A stretch of 64,000 nt of DNA from Patescibacteria group bacterium (GCA_043808365.1 JAZDEZ010000021.1:403-64402); one strand, 5' to 3'; shown: positions 53,458-62,904, counted from the first letter of the stretch. The notes: generated by a model from the letters alone, not told the origin. Numbers and translations: made by a program.

Positions 53458-53566
53458 GTCGCCCCTCTTACTCTTCCACTGTCATTCTGAGCGTAGCGAA
53501 GAATCTTTATTCTGTTTTACTATAGGATCCTTCGACTTCGCTCAGGATGACAAAGAGAGGGGCGAC
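53458..53566. repeat. Long imperfect palindrome (REP-like element / terminator) downstream of the HAD gene
   Basis: The left arm GTCGCCCCTCT..TGTCATTCTGAGCGTAGCGAAGAATC pairs with the right arm GATCCTTCGACTTCGCTCAGGATGACA..AGAGGGGCGAC. The outer 11 bp are perfect. Confidence 0.85.
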
Positions 53567-53586
53567 GAGGTTTGAGCTATTGAGGG

Positions 53587-54186
53587 TTACTTATTGACAA
53601 AGAAATCGTTGATATCTTTAATAACCTGTTGATTGTTGAGAAAAACGATGGTATTAACTCCATGTTTTCGGGCGACAGCTGTGTACTGTTCTTTATTATC
53701 AATGAAAAGAAGTTCTGCGGGTTTATACGGGAGTTTAAATAAAATCCCTGGCCACATGTTGTCGTCAACTTTACTCATATTCAACTGATGTGACAACAGC
53801 AATTCAGTGAAGTAATCTTCGAGTCGGATCATTTTTTCATAATTCGGAAAAACCGGACCAAAATTGTTGGACAGCAGGTAGGTGGGGTAGCGCTGTTTAA
53901 GACTTTTAATGTAATCGAGCAGTTCGTGGTTGAGCTCCGGAAGCGTACTGAAGAGGAAAGCAAACTGTTTAGGGTCGGCATCCGGTAGGAGCGGTGTAAT
54001 TAACTGTTTAAGAAATTCGTCGGGAGTCAGATCGTTTCTAGCGAAGGGTTGGAGTAATGGGTTGAAAGCTTTTCTGAATTCTTGTTCGCCAATGCCGAAG
54101 TCTGTGTGCATTTTTCTGACCATGCAATCACTCCAGTTTTCTTTAGTGGAGACGCCGAACCAATCGAATATTAGAACCTTGATCAT
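53587..54186 (-). CDS. HAD-superfamily hydrolase-like protein
   Basis: The N-terminal VLIFDWFGV resembles HAD motif I but with only the first Asp. LLSN resembles motif II. The size and pattern fit HAD-IA. Confidence 0.5.
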   Translation of the reverse strand: MIKVLIFDWFGVSTKENWSDCMVRKMHTDFGIGEQEFRKAFNPLLQPFARNDLTPDEFLKQLITPLLPDADPKQFAFLFSTLPELNHELLDYIKSLKQRYPTYLLSNNFGPVFPNYEKMIRLEDYFTELLLSHQLNMSKVDDNMWPGILFKLPYKPAELLFIDNKEQYTAVARKHGVNTIVFLNNQQVIKDINDFFVNK

Positions 54187-54218
54187 ACTATGTCCATTGT
54201 ACCATCAGAATGCCACCC

Positions 54219-54247
54219 TTGACACTAGGAGCCGTTGGTGCTACAGT
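54219..54247 (+). promoter_or_regulatory. Sigma70-type promoter TTGACA-N17-TACAGT
   Basis: ccTTGACActaggagccgttggtgcTACAGTa. Confidence 0.65.
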
Positions 54248-54310
54248 ATCTTGAATATAAACTGTATCGAAATAAACATTGTACTATCGCCGCAACCATA
54301 AGGAGGTACT

Positions 54311-54931
54311 ATGCGGACGTTTAACAATCTGTTTCTGGTAATCATCGCGATTGCCATACTGCTCTCGGTCAACGTGTTGGCCCAGCCGGATGAGGTCGAA
54401 TGGGATCAGTCGCCGCTGTTACCGCCGCCAATTAAGGGATCGACGTTAGTTGATTTCGAAAAGATGTGGCCTAACCTGCCGGATTCATTTCGCGTGATCC
54501 ATGAGTACGCTGTGCCTGACGGGGACGGCGATAGCGTTTGGCTGCAAACCGTCCTGACTGTCCAGGTGAACCGGCCGCTGACCAGGCAGATGCAGCTTCG
54601 GATCCTCGAGGGACAGTGCATGGAGTATTTTTGGGCGCAGTGCGATTCAGCCGGGTGGTACCAGAGATTCTCGCCTATCCAGGCAGACGGATCCTTGGAT
54701 TCATTTTGGACTGAGGCCGGGCATTCTCTACTGCCGCCCTACACCTACCCTGACGACGAGGACGGTCGGCGCTGGTTTCGCGCGTATGTAGAGGAGATTT
54801 TTAATTTAATCGATGATGAATGCATGGAGGACTTTCAGTCTCTTTACACGTCACTGCCCGATGATTCGGTTTCCTCCAAATTCATTGACTACCCATGGGG
54901 GGGAGCAGTCATGACCGTTACTATAAAGTGA
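54311..54931 (+). CDS. Secreted hypothetical protein (206 aa)
   Basis: AAGGAGG RBS. The signal peptide is MRTFNNLFLVIIAIAILLSVNVLAQP. No recognisable domain. Confidence 0.6.
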   Translation: MRTFNNLFLVIIAIAILLSVNVLAQPDEVEWDQSPLLPPPIKGSTLVDFEKMWPNLPDSFRVIHEYAVPDGDGDSVWLQTVLTVQVNRPLTRQMQLRILEGQCMEYFWAQCDSAGWYQRFSPIQADGSLDSFWTEAGHSLLPPYTYPDDEDGRRWFRAYVEEIFNLIDDECMEDFQSLYTSLPDDSVSSKFIDYPWGGAVMTVTIK

Positions 54932-55023
54932 CGGTACGCGATCTTTGATCAGACAAACAAGCCCTTGGCATACTAGCCCGGGGCTGTTTTTTTTATTGCA
55001 GAAGGTTTTTATATTACCAGTCG

Positions 55024-55827
55024 CTAAACGGCGATATCTCGTTTCTTGAAATACCAGGCGCCGATGACGGTGCAAGCTATTGATACGACGCTAAAAATTA
55101 CTAAGGGCAATATTTTGATCATTGAATTGATCAGGCCGTCGTTGCCGTTAAAGTAGTGAAAGAATGATACGTATTGCAGCCAATCGAACCTCTCGACCAG
55201 CGAGGCGACTATTTTCAGAACGTACATGGCGATGGCCGTACCGCCTATGGTCATGGCCACGCGGCTTTTTTCCGAAGACATGGCTGAGATCATCATGGCC
55301 ATGCTGAAAAAGGCCCAGCCGAAGAAAAATCCAGACAGGCCGGTCTTCAGGTAGTTTACGAACTGATAGTCAATAGAATGCAATTCAGCCAGCGGGGCCA
55401 CGGTCACAGTAGACAGGACGGTAAACATCAGCAGAATTGTGATACCAGCCAAGTAGCGCCCGAAAAATATTTTCAGGCGGGAGATCGGACGCGACAGGAG
55501 GATTTCAGCGGTGCCTTTTTCCACTTCGCGCGCCAGGCTGTTCGATGCGAAAGCCACCATCAGGAAAATGACCATGATCGGCCAGATGATGCTGAACTGC
55601 TCCATGGCGAGAAAATTTTCTAGATGTGAAAAATCCATCAGCTCAATGCCCATTGCTTTCATCACGGCTTGGGGGTAGTTTTTGAACGCCTCGGTAAACG
55701 AAGCGGCCTGTTTGGCGATCGACGGATACATGGCGACGTACATCCACATCAGGGCAATGGCGGCCGCGCAATACACAATGATGGATATCCGCCGGTCCTT
55801 GATTATTTTCCAGAAGATAATTCCCAT
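55024..55827 (-). CDS. ABC-2 type transporter permease
   Basis: Six hydrophobic segments. The gene is coupled to the upstream ATPase (TAAcATG junction). The start is moved to ATG 55827. Confidence 0.7.
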   Translation of the reverse strand: MGIIFWKIIKDRRISIIVYCAAAIALMWMYVAMYPSIAKQAASFTEAFKNYPQAVMKAMGIELMDFSHLENFLAMEQFSIIWPIMVIFLMVAFASNSLAREVEKGTAEILLSRPISRLKIFFGRYLAGITILLMFTVLSTVTVAPLAELHSIDYQFVNYLKTGLSGFFFGWAFFSMAMMISAMSSEKSRVAMTIGGTAIAMYVLKIVASLVERFDWLQYVSFFHYFNGNDGLINSMIKILPLVIFSVVSIACTVIGAWYFKKRDIAV

Positions 55828-55828
55828 G

Positions 55829-56701
55829 TTATTTGTAATATTCCATAAAAATGTCTTCAAGCGTGGCGTGCTCGATGGCCAGGTCATGGACGGTGTATTT
55901 CGCCAGTTTCTTGATCAATGGGTCCAGATCGCCTTTCACCTTGAGGATCAATTCTCCGTCTGATGATGGCGCGGCCAGTTCAACTCCCGGAAGCTGGAAT
56001 GTGCTGGCGTCGAATTTTCCTTCGATATGCGCCCTGACCGTATAGATTCGTTTGTGCTTCATGTCGTGGATTTTTTCCACGGCCACCATCTTGCCCTGCC
56101 GGATGACCCCGACCCGCGAGCAGACGTGGTCGACTTCGGCCAGGTTGTGTGAGGACATGAAAATGGTCGTGCCTTTTTTCTGCGCTTCCAGCAGTAGTTT
56201 ATATACCTCCCGTTGTAGTAAAGGATCAAGGGCATTTGTCGGTTCGTCCAGTATCAATATTTCCGGTTCGGTCATGAGGGCCATAATAATGCCGAGCTTC
56301 TGGCGGTTGCCGGACGAGAGTTGTTTTGTTTTCAAGCTCGGGTCTAGTCCCATTCGCTCAATTAGTTGGGCCGATTGGTCATTCTTTCCGTTCAGATTTC
56401 TGATGAAGTTAATATGATCTTGGCCAGTCCATTTGCCGTACAGGTGGACGTAGCCGGATAAATACCCGATATGTTTTTTCAGCTCAACAGTTTCTTTTTG
56501 TGCATCTTTTCCGAGCATGGAGATTGACCCGCCCGAAGGCCGGATGAAGTCCATCATACACCGGATGGTGGTGGTTTTGCCGGCGCCGTTCGGGCCGAGG
56601 AACCCGAAAACTTCCCCTTTTTCCACAGCAAAGGAAATGCCGTCCACCGCTTTGGTGTGGCCGAAATGCTTAGATAAATTTTGTACTTCTATGGCTGGCA
56701 T
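55829..56701 (-). CDS. ABC transporter ATP-binding protein
   Basis: GPNGAGKTTT (Walker A), LSSGNRQKLGI (signature), ILILDEPT (Walker B). Confidence 0.9.
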   Translation of the reverse strand: MPAIEVQNLSKHFGHTKAVDGISFAVEKGEVFGFLGPNGAGKTTTIRCMMDFIRPSGGSISMLGKDAQKETVELKKHIGYLSGYVHLYGKWTGQDHINFIRNLNGKNDQSAQLIERMGLDPSLKTKQLSSGNRQKLGIIMALMTEPEILILDEPTNALDPLLQREVYKLLLEAQKKGTTIFMSSHNLAEVDHVCSRVGVIRQGKMVAVEKIHDMKHKRIYTVRAHIEGKFDASTFQLPGVELAAPSSDGELILKVKGDLDPLIKKLAKYTVHDLAIEHATLEDIFMEYYK

Positions 56702-56745
56702 ATTTTAATTAATTGTACGGCAGTGAATTATGTGCGTCAAATAAC

Positions 56746-56925
56746 TCATCCATCTGATTTCCGTTTAGGCGACTCAAGCCGGCCGCGCCTGCGTAAAGCG
56801 TCACGGAGGATCCATTCGATCTGCCCGTTCAAGCTGCGGAGTTCGTCATTAGCCCAGTGCTGCAGGGCGGCCAGAGTGCCCGCATCAATGCGCAAGAGAA
56901 ATGGTTTGTTGCGTCCTGATCCCAC
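56746..56925 (-). CDS. Arc/ribbon-helix-helix family DNA-binding protein
   Basis: KPFLLRIDAGTLAALQHWANDELRSLNGQIEWILRDALRRRGR matches the Arc-type RHH pattern. The GTG at 56925 (4 nt after the upstream stop) is preferred to the overlapping ATG starts. Confidence 0.65.
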   Translation of the reverse strand: MGSGRNKPFLLRIDAGTLAALQHWANDELRSLNGQIEWILRDALRRRGRLESPKRKSDG

Positions 56926-56929
56926 GCGA

Positions 56930-57796
56930 TTATTGATAAAGAGTGCCGGCATTAACAACCGGTTGGGCGTCACGGTCGCTGGTCAGTACGACCAGCAGAT
57001 TGCTGACCATGGTCGCTTTTCGTTCTTCGTCGAGTTTCACGATGTGGTCTTTCTCCAGTTTTTCCAGGGCCATCTGTACCATACTGACCGCGCCCTCTAC
57101 GATTTTTTGCCGGGCGGCGATGATGGCGCTGGCCTGCTGTCTGCGGAGCATGGCACCGGCGATTTCCGGGGCGTAAGCTAGATGGGAAATGCGCGCTTCG
57201 ATGACTTCCACGCCGGCTTTAGCCAAACGGTCATGGATTTCCCCTTTCATTTTTTCGGCGATTTCCGCCGTGTTGCCGCGCAGGGACACCTCGCCCTCGA
57301 TATGCGTGTCATAGGGGTATGAAGTCGCAAGATTGCGGATGGCCGCTTCGCTCTGGACATGCACGTAGTTTTCGTAACTATCGACATTAAACATCGCTTC
57401 GGCGGTTTCTACGACTTTCCACACGACGATGGCGGCGATCTCGATCGGGTTTCCTTCCTTGTCATTCACTTTCAGGTGGCCGCTCTCGAAATTTCTGATT
57501 TTTAAGGAGATGTGTTTTTTCTTCGCGAACGGGTTCATCCACCAGAAACCAGGCTCTTTGACTGAGCCGGCGTATTTACCGAAAACAGTGGCTACCGCCG
57601 CTTCGGTCGGATTGACGATAAAAAGACCCTGCAGGCAAAAACCGGTCGCTGCCAGCAAGAAAATCGGCAGTACTGTCAGGCCGCTGTTTTTTGAGCCTAG
57701 CCAGGCTGTAACAAGCCCCTCAATGATTGCCAGGATGATTAGGAGGATGAGCGCGGTCCAACCATTGGTTGAACGCGCAGTTTTTTCTTGGATCAT
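56930..57796 (-). CDS. SPFH/band 7 domain membrane protein
   Basis: N-terminal TM segments. SPFH pattern: [39 protein letters not shown]. Confidence 0.8.
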   Translation of the reverse strand: MIQEKTARSTNGWTALILLIILAIIEGLVTAWLGSKNSGLTVLPIFLLAATGFCLQGLFIVNPTEAAVATVFGKYAGSVKEPGFWWMNPFAKKKHISLKIRNFESGHLKVNDKEGNPIEIAAIVVWKVVETAEAMFNVDSYENYVHVQSEAAIRNLATSYPYDTHIEGEVSLRGNTAEIAEKMKGEIHDRLAKAGVEVIEARISHLAYAPEIAGAMLRRQQASAIIAARQKIVEGAVSMVQMALEKLEKDHIVKLDEERKATMVSNLLVVLTSDRDAQPVVNAGTLYQ

Positions 57797-57926
57797 AGTT
57801 TTTAAAGTTAATGATATCGTTATGATATCATCATAGCTTACCTCTAAAAATTGTCAAGGGCGTACCCACGGTTACCATAAAAAGCACCGCAATATTTTTC
57901 CGGTATAGCCCTTGGTTTTGTGCGAC

Positions 57927-60626
57927 CTATGAAATCTGCGGTTCAAAAACCGCGGAGCGTTTCTTTATCTGCCATAATCCAGCGGTACAAACCCCAATCA
58001 TGAAAAGTATAATTGCCCAGGTGGCGAGCGAGGGTATGACTAAGCCAAAAAATTCTCGCAAAGCTGGAGAGCCGACGGTATAGCACATGCCAGCCAGTAA
58101 TCCGGAATAAAATATTTTTTGCCAAATTGTTTTCGGCCGGGCAAGGAAAATGAGCATCGCCAGTCCGCTGCCAAAAAGCGTCAAGGTGGCTGCTGTCCGA
58201 GCCAACTCAATACGGCTAGGCTCAAATTCTCGAGCCAGCGCAAAAGTAATAAGGGTCAATGCCGCGATCATGGCCCCAGAGGGCAGTGAAAAACGAAATA
58301 CTCGTGTCACAAATCCGGGTCGCGCCCGGTCAGTATTTTTCATAAAGGACAGGAATATTGATGGCAGTCCGATGGTAAAGAACGCGATGGCCGTGAGGTG
58401 TCGGGGCAGGAACGGGAACGGGGTCCTGGCGAGGCCGACGGCCAAAGCCATGGTGATGATATATGCCGCTTTCGTAATGAATAGGTTGGCTGTCCGCTCC
58501 ATGTTGCCGATAATGCGCCGCCCCTCGGCGATGACGTCCGGCAATGCGGAAAAATTATTGTCCAAGAGGACCAGTTGGGCAGTACCGCGGCTGGCTTCCG
58601 TGCCCGAGCCCATGGCAATGCTAAAGTCCGATTCTTTAATGGCCAGGACGTCATTGATGCCGTCGCCAACCATAGCCACGACATGGCCGCGCTGGTGCAG
58701 GGCGCGGACCATTGATTTTTTTTGTTCAGGCAGGATCCTGCCGAATACCGCTTGTTCTTCAACCAGCTCACCCAACCTATCCTGATCTGACGGGAGATCT
58801 TGCCCGTTTTGCGGTTGGCCGGTAATGATTCCAGCCCGTGCCGCCACTGAGGCCACTGTTTTAGGGTTGTCGCCGGAAATTATTTTTATCGCCACGCCCT
58901 GTTCTCTGAAATACTGCAGTGTTGCGGCCACGCCGTCGCGGAGCTGTTCCTGGAGCGCGATGAAAGCCACTGGCAATGGCTTATGAATGGCCATCGTTGA
59001 TTTGCCTGGTTGGTGCTGTATGGTTTTTTCAGAGTAAGCCAGGAGTAATACCCGTTTGCCGCTTGAGGAGAATTGGTCTGATAATAATTGCAGTTCCTGG
59101 GGGAGGCTCGCCTTTGGCACAATCATGTCCATGGCGCCAAGGATCCAGGTGCCTTGGCGCTTAAAGGTCAGCGCGCTCCATTTTCTGGCAGATGAAAAGG
59201 GTATGTTTTCCCGAATATCCCATTGCCCCCGCGTTGGATAGGGGCACATGCGGCCAATCGCTTGCAGGGTTGATGTTTGCTCCTGTTTATTGGCAAAGAC
59301 GCCCAGGACATCTCGCGTGACAGCTGGGAGTTTTATTTTTGGGTCGGAGAATGGGATGATTTCTTCCACCACCATAGCGCCCTCGGTCAGCGTTCCGGTC
59401 TTGTCCAGACAAAGCGTATCAACACGCGCCAGCATTTCTACAGACGGCAATTCCTGAATCAGTACTCGCCGTTTGGCTAGTCGGACGACCGCTATCGCCA
59501 TCACCACGCTGGTTAGCAGTACCAAGCCATCGGGTACCATATTTACCACGCCCCCAGCTGATGATGACAATGCGTCTCGCCAGCCGTGTTGCATGGATAG
59601 CAGTTGGGTGGCGAAAAGGAGAAACCCAGCCGGTACGAGAACCCAGGTGATATATCGTAATATTTTATTGATACCCATGCGCAGTTCTGATTTGGCCAGT
59701 GTAAATTCACGGACGGCGTTGGCTAACCGGCGGGCGTAAGCATGCTCGCCGATATGCACGGCCTGCATCCGGCAATTTCCCGCGGCGACGAAACTGCCCG
59801 AGTAGACCGCGCCCCCGACATTTTTTATGACCGGCTCAGATTCGCCCGTTACGAGCGATTCATTTATTTCCACGTTTGTACCCTCGGTGATTATCCCGTC
59901 TACGGGCGCCTGTTCGCCGGCTTTGAGCTCGATAATATCATCCAGAACGATCCGGTTTGTTGGGATAGTTTGTGCAGACCCATTACGTACCACGTGCGAC
60001 TGTGACGCCAGGACCAGCGCCAGACGGTCCAGGGTCCATTTGGCGCGCAGTTCCTGGATAATGCCGATCAGGGCATTAAATATGATAATCATCCCGAACA
60101 ATGAATCCTGCGGCGCACCGACCCAAAGGATGATGATATACAGCCCGCCCAACAAAGCATTGAACCGGGTAAAAATATTGGCAAATAGGATATGGCGGTA
60201 GCTTCTGCTGGTCCGTGGGCGCGAACTATTTACCTGGTAGGCGGCTTCCCGCTCTGTAACCTGCGCGCCAGTCAGCCCCTCGCGCCCTATTATCAGACGG
60301 CGGGCAATTGTCGGCAAGGTTACATCAGAGGCATCTTTTGTGGCAGTGGCGGTTGCCTGGTAGCCGGTAATGAATGAGCGCGCCCATGGAAATCTGCGCC
60401 ACCACCTGGCAAATGCCTTCCGTCGGTTTGGGTCAATGGTTATCCATTCGGCAATGATGCCGGTGATGACTATACATATGGCCAGGGTGATCAGGACGTA
60501 GTTCGACGCGCCGGTATCGTGCTGGGTGTTGCGGACAGCAAAGAGCCACGCGCTCATGCGTGAAAATATGGAATTGACGTAATCAATAAGGCTGTCAAAT
60601 GCCATAATCAGAGTTATTACTATCAC
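57927..60626 (-). CDS. Cation-transporting P-type ATPase
   Basis: LCLDKTGTLTEG (phosphorylation site), TGESEPV, MVGDGINDVLAIK. The start may be the ATG at 60605 instead of the GTG at 60626. Confidence 0.9.
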   Translation of the reverse strand: MIVITLIMAFDSLIDYVNSIFSRMSAWLFAVRNTQHDTGASNYVLITLAICIVITGIIAEWITIDPNRRKAFARWWRRFPWARSFITGYQATATATKDASDVTLPTIARRLIIGREGLTGAQVTEREAAYQVNSSRPRTSRSYRHILFANIFTRFNALLGGLYIIILWVGAPQDSLFGMIIIFNALIGIIQELRAKWTLDRLALVLASQSHVVRNGSAQTIPTNRIVLDDIIELKAGEQAPVDGIITEGTNVEINESLVTGESEPVIKNVGGAVYSGSFVAAGNCRMQAVHIGEHAYARRLANAVREFTLAKSELRMGINKILRYITWVLVPAGFLLFATQLLSMQHGWRDALSSSAGGVVNMVPDGLVLLTSVVMAIAVVRLAKRRVLIQELPSVEMLARVDTLCLDKTGTLTEGAMVVEEIIPFSDPKIKLPAVTRDVLGVFANKQEQTSTLQAIGRMCPYPTRGQWDIRENIPFSSARKWSALTFKRQGTWILGAMDMIVPKASLPQELQLLSDQFSSSGKRVLLLAYSEKTIQHQPGKSTMAIHKPLPVAFIALQEQLRDGVAATLQYFREQGVAIKIISGDNPKTVASVAARAGIITGQPQNGQDLPSDQDRLGELVEEQAVFGRILPEQKKSMVRALHQRGHVVAMVGDGINDVLAIKESDFSIAMGSGTEASRGTAQLVLLDNNFSALPDVIAEGRRIIGNMERTANLFITKAAYIITMALAVGLARTPFPFLPRHLTAIAFFTIGLPSIFLSFMKNTDRARPGFVTRVFRFSLPSGAMIAALTLITFALAREFEPSRIELARTAATLTLFGSGLAMLIFLARPKTIWQKIFYSGLLAGMCYTVGSPALREFFGLVIPSLATWAIILFMIGVCTAGLWQIKKRSAVFEPQIS

Positions 60627-60931
60627 TCAGTATAGCCGTATTTATGGGAAAAATATATAACTCAAACAGATCCCTATGAAATATCATGGGGGAATGGCCA
60701 GCCAGAGCGCCAGAGAGAAAATCGGTCAAATTTCTGATTGTCAGATTATGGTATGGCTTTACAACGAAGTACGAACCTATTTTAAGGAGAATTATTGATT
60801 TGATTGCGGGGCGGAAGGGGGGTTTGGGGGGAATTCCGCCCCGCCCTCTTTCCGAAAATTCATTTGGGGGGTTTCTTGAAAAAAGCCAGAGATTTTTCGT
60901 TGCGCCGATTACGGCGCGCGCCGCGGGGAAA

Positions 60932-61366
60932 TTATTCCTTATTAGGGTTGATTGATGCGTGAATATTTTTATCGGCACCTACCTCATTATCTTGCCTATC
61001 AACCCATACTGATACTTCAGTAAAACCTGTGGTATTACTCGGTAATTGTATCATGTTAGAGTATCCGAGGGGAGTCCATATTACTCCGTGCGGTGAATTT
61101 GGCGCTTTTTGCCAACCGTACCAATATCCCTGAAAATTAGCATCTTTTACTCCATCAACGTACATTGCAATCACCTTTGCTTTTTGGTTTTGAAAAGATA
61201 TTTCCAGCTTTCTAACATCCAACTTGGTTTTATTCTTGAGTTCTGTTTGATATATATTTCTATCGCCGATTTGATTGCTTTTACCAAAATTCAAACCGAT
61301 ATTTTTTAATCCAATTTTTATAAAAAATCTATCAGTAATTTTACCTATAATGTCAAAAAATTTCAT
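60932..61366 (-). CDS. Hypothetical protein (144 aa), AT-rich, last gene of the repressor-protease operon
   Basis: The ORF lies 4 nt downstream of the protease gene. No TM segment, signal peptide or recognisable motif. Trp/Tyr/Gly-rich segment QGYWYGWQKAPNSPHGVIWTPLGY. Confidence 0.55.
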   Translation of the reverse strand: MKFFDIIGKITDRFFIKIGLKNIGLNFGKSNQIGDRNIYQTELKNKTKLDVRKLEISFQNQKAKVIAMYVDGVKDANFQGYWYGWQKAPNSPHGVIWTPLGYSNMIQLPSNTTGFTEVSVWVDRQDNEVGADKNIHASINPNKE

Positions 61367-61370
61367 ATTT

Positions 61371-62240
61371 TTAAGTCATTATTTTGTGATGCCTAAGTGT
61401 ATCTAACAACGTTGGCGTGGCAAAACCGTAGGAATATATTGCATGTAGCGATTCAATGTAAGATTTTTCTTTATACTCTTTAAGCTGTTTATTAACTCCT
61501 TCGGGGATAATATTTTCTTTCAAATTGATTAAATGTGCACGATAGCCTTTGACTATTGAAATTAAACGACCGGTACGCAGATCAAATATTGGGCCGCCAC
61601 TATTTCCTGGGTTAAATGCTAGCGTAAATTCATATACAGATGTTGTTTCTGAAGTTTTGTATCTACAATTGATCACCCCTTTATCCGCTCGTAATAGAAT
61701 ATTTGCAATTTTTGGTTGGGAGAAGTCACGATTATTAAATTCAAGTTTGCTAAGCGGGTATCCTAACACTCCAATTTCTGATCCTATCGGTAGAAATTCT
61801 TTTGAGACCCTGATAAAGTCTGTTTCGTTTACGAAAATTTTATCTCCATCGTGGTAGAATTTCTCATCTAAATAAATTATTCCTAGATCAATTTCGGGAT
61901 ATATGAAAATATCGCTATTTAGCTTTGGTTCAAATATCCGACAATGCCAATTATTGTCGTCATCGTGTCGCAACAAATAATATTTATCGCCATCTTGGTG
62001 CTTCATAAAATCGCCCTTTGATGGGTCGTTTAAAACATGTGCGGCTGTTAGCATTCTTTTTGGTGCGGCAACAAATGCAGAACCTAGTGTTATCCAATTA
62101 ATAGCTTCGTTTCCCTCAATCTTTTGTTTTCTACCTCTTACGATAATGTAGACAGATTTTTTCAGCCAAGTTAAACATTCAGAAAATTTTGTGAATTTTT
62201 CTGGGCGTTTTGGGTCCTTAATTTTATTTTCTTTTGGCAT
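61371..62240 (-). CDS. Trypsin-like (S1/Trypsin_2-type) serine protease, cytoplasmic
   Basis: Catalytic triad context: LTAAHVL (His), EIDLGIIYL (Asp), NPGNSGGPIFD (Ser). No signal peptide. Confidence 0.75.
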   Translation of the reverse strand: MPKENKIKDPKRPEKFTKFSECLTWLKKSVYIIVRGRKQKIEGNEAINWITLGSAFVAAPKRMLTAAHVLNDPSKGDFMKHQDGDKYYLLRHDDDNNWHCRIFEPKLNSDIFIYPEIDLGIIYLDEKFYHDGDKIFVNETDFIRVSKEFLPIGSEIGVLGYPLSKLEFNNRDFSQPKIANILLRADKGVINCRYKTSETTSVYEFTLAFNPGNSGGPIFDLRTGRLISIVKGYRAHLINLKENIIPEGVNKQLKEYKEKSYIESLHAIYSYGFATPTLLDTLRHHKIMT

Positions 62241-62244
62241 AATT

Positions 62245-62904
62245 TTATGTATTTTTAACTATACCTATCACTTTACCGTTGATGATGAATGAATCGGCGC
62301 TGTGTAAATAAATCGGCTCATAATCAAAAGAAGAGTCGGCTTTCAAAATTATCTGATCATTTTTACGGTCTTCAATGAATCTTTTAATTGTTGCCTTATC
62401 ATCTATAATTGCTAATACAACATCCTTAGTTCTTGGAGAGCAATCCTCGCTGTTGATAATCACATAATCACCATCCTCAACTTTTTTCCCATTTATTTCT
62501 GCGCGATTCATTGACGAACCATCAGCCCTTATCGCAAAAAGACCTTTTGGCGTTGAGCGTCCGATTAATCGGCTAGATACTTTTAAAAATCCTTTAAAAT
62601 TTTGTTCTGCAAAAATCGTAGCAGGTCCACAATTTGCAGTGCCAACAATCGGTATAGAAAAGAGGGGCGAGGTTTTTTTCACTAAACCGCTGGCTACTCC
62701 AGATTTTGTACTGGAACGTGCCATAAGGCCACGGCTTTTATCAATAGTCAAAAATCCCTTTTTCTGAACTTGAAGAAGGTGGTGTTTTATCATTTGTGGG
62801 GACGCTTTGTGTAACCCAATAGCGCTTGCCATGCCACGAAGCGTCATTTTGGCAAGATTTTGCTTTTTGGCTAGTTCTATTAGCTTGCTTTGGATAGTGT
62901 GCAT
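62245..62904 (-). CDS. LexA-like repressor (winged HTH plus S24 self-cleaving peptidase domain)
   Basis: The N-terminal LexA_DNA_bind-like wHTH (LRGMASAIGLHKASPQMIKHHLLQVQKKGFLTI). The linker IPIVGTANCGPATIF parallels the LexA cleavage region LPLVGRVAAGEP. S24 Ser (RADGSSM) and Lys (ATIKRF). Confidence 0.8.
   Translation of the reverse strand: MHTIQSKLIELAKKQNLAKMTLRGMASAIGLHKASPQMIKHHLLQVQKKGFLTIDKSRGLMARSSTKSGVASGLVKKTSPLFSIPIVGTANCGPATIFAEQNFKGFLKVSSRLIGRSTPKGLFAIRADGSSMNRAEINGKKVEDGDYVIINSEDCSPRTKDVVLAIIDDKATIKRFIEDRKNDQIILKADSSFDYEPIYLHSADSFIINGKVIGIVKNT

Noticed and set aside
55828-55887. Upstream ATG at 55887 for the ABC-2 permease, which would overlap the ATPase gene by 59 nt
   Set aside because: The internal ATG at 55827 gives a TAAcATG coupling junction, and the hydrophobic core begins right after it.
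60627-60931. Metal-sensing riboswitch (M-box or yybP-ykoY type) in front of the P-type ATPase
   Set aside because: I recognised no conserved core sequences of those classes on the minus strand. I kept only the descriptive G-tract/hairpin observation.
60595-60978. Overlapping ORFs 60595..60978 (minus) and 60686..60955 (plus) in the gap upstream of the P-type ATPase
   Set aside because: They are mutually antisense, have no RBS, and their low-complexity Gly/Pro stretches derive from the G6/C6 tracts. I treated the region as noncoding.
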